A program made the translations under genes and the position numbers. DNA of 47,045 nt from Actinomycetota bacterium. Its GTDB lineage: Bacteria; Actinomycetota; Acidimicrobiia; Acidimicrobiales; Ilumatobacteraceae. Below the pieces are notes generated by a model that made no database searches, was not told where the DNA came from, and worked only from the letters and a program-made list of their open reading frames with translations. Each line of letters begins with the position of its first letter. Position 1 is the first letter of the stretch. Positions 46,629-47,045 of this stretch are shown here, one piece after another. The stretch lies in the NCBI GenBank assembly GCA_017853685.1, contig JAFMJD010000001.1:1-47045 (forward strand). Reading direction: 5' to 3'.

Positions 46629-47045
46629 CTAGTTCCCCTTCAGCAGTTCACTGGCGCGCGTCACGATGTTGTCCACGTTGATGCCGAGTCGGTCGAGCAC
46701 CGTCGCGCCGGGCGCACTGGCTCCGAATCGGTCGATGCCGATCGATGCGTCGGCGTAGCGATCCCATCCGAACGTTGATGCCGCCTCGATCGACAGCGTG
46801 GGCACCCCGGGCGGCAGCACCGAGCGTCGGTAGTCGTTGCTCTGTCTGGCAAAGCGGTCCCACGAGGGCATCGACACGACTTGGGCCTTGATGCCCGCTG
46901 TTGCGAGTTGGTCTGCAGCGCCGAGGGCGAGGTGGACCTCGGAACCGGTGGCGACGAGCACGACGTCGGGCGTGGGGGAGGCGCTCCGCACCACACCGGC
47001 ACCTGCGCGCACAGCAGTACCGCTGGTGCAAACCGGGAGGTTCTG
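46629..47045 (-). CDS. tkt: transketolase, C-terminal part (5' end lies outside the window)
   Basis: The frame is open to the window edge and reads ...QNLPVCTSGTAVRAGAGVV...VVLVATGSEV...IGIDRFGASAP. The stop TAG lies 2 nt before the tal start. Confidence 0.9.
   Translation of the reverse strand, partial: QNLPVCTSGTAVRAGAGVVRSASPTPDVVLVATGSEVHLALGAADQLATAGIKAQVVSMPSWDRFARQSNDYRRSVLPPGVPTLSIEAASTFGWDRYADASIGIDRFGASAPGATVLDRLGINVDNIVTRASELLKGN

Noticed and set aside
44941-46632. A 563-aa plus-strand open frame across the MOSC and tal genes.
   Set aside because: The minus-strand frames carry clear MOSC and transaldolase signatures. The plus-strand translation is G/R/V/D-rich noise.
1-47045. CRISPR arrays, transposases/IS elements, integrases, prophage genes, toxin-antitoxin or defence-system gene pairs, and tRNA/rRNA genes.
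   Set aside because: Apart from one 12-bp tandem duplication, I saw no repeats interspersed with spacers and no terminal inverted repeats. I saw no transposase or integrase-like translation in any frame and no tRNA-like T-arm (GGTTCGAATCC-type) context. All sizeable ORFs are accounted for by housekeeping or metabolic families.

Overview
This is a high-G+C window (roughly two-thirds G+C by eye, not computed). It is almost entirely core housekeeping genes in classic Actinomycetota synteny, and the actinobacteria-specific mihF is present. There are three blocks. Block 1 (1-18351, + strand) runs rel(partial)-hisS-aspS-rarA-DUF948-small membrane ORF-alaS-ruvX-mltG-aroE-DUF2079-aroC-aroK-aroB-aroQ-mscS-efp-nusB. 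Block 2 starts with a lone minus-strand ppm1, then the + strand array pyrR-pyrB-pyrC-carA-carB-pyrD-pyrF-mihF-gmk-rpoZ-coaBC-metK-priA (19227-33776). Block 3 (33.8-47 kb) has mixed orientation: P450(-), SDR(+), SAM-methyltransferase(-), def-fmt(+), a 64-aa basic/acidic sORF and typA(+), a Cys-rich hypothetical(-), glcDEF plus a 69-aa ORF(+), then MOSC(-), tal(-) and tkt(-, partial). Many gene junctions are 1- or 4-nt overlaps (ATGA/GTGA). I found no rRNA, tRNA, CRISPR array, transposase, integrase or prophage signal, and no convincing novel multi-gene system. The best leads are modest. (i) A repeated TANNNT hexamer sits 6-9 nt upstream of 11 start codons, which implies leaderless transcripts and also fixes several start codons. 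(ii) Two divergent gene pairs have interdigitated -10 boxes in 37-46 bp spacers. (iii) A polytopic DUF2079 membrane protein lies inside the shikimate cluster, with ppm1 nearby. (iv) PriA lacks any Walker A P-loop. (v) An unannotated-looking 64-aa basic/acidic sORF with its own SD lies in an AT-rich patch upstream of typA. (vi) A Cys-rich 250-aa hypothetical is placed head-to-head with glcDEF. All product calls come from reading the supplied translations against remembered family motifs. No database search was run.
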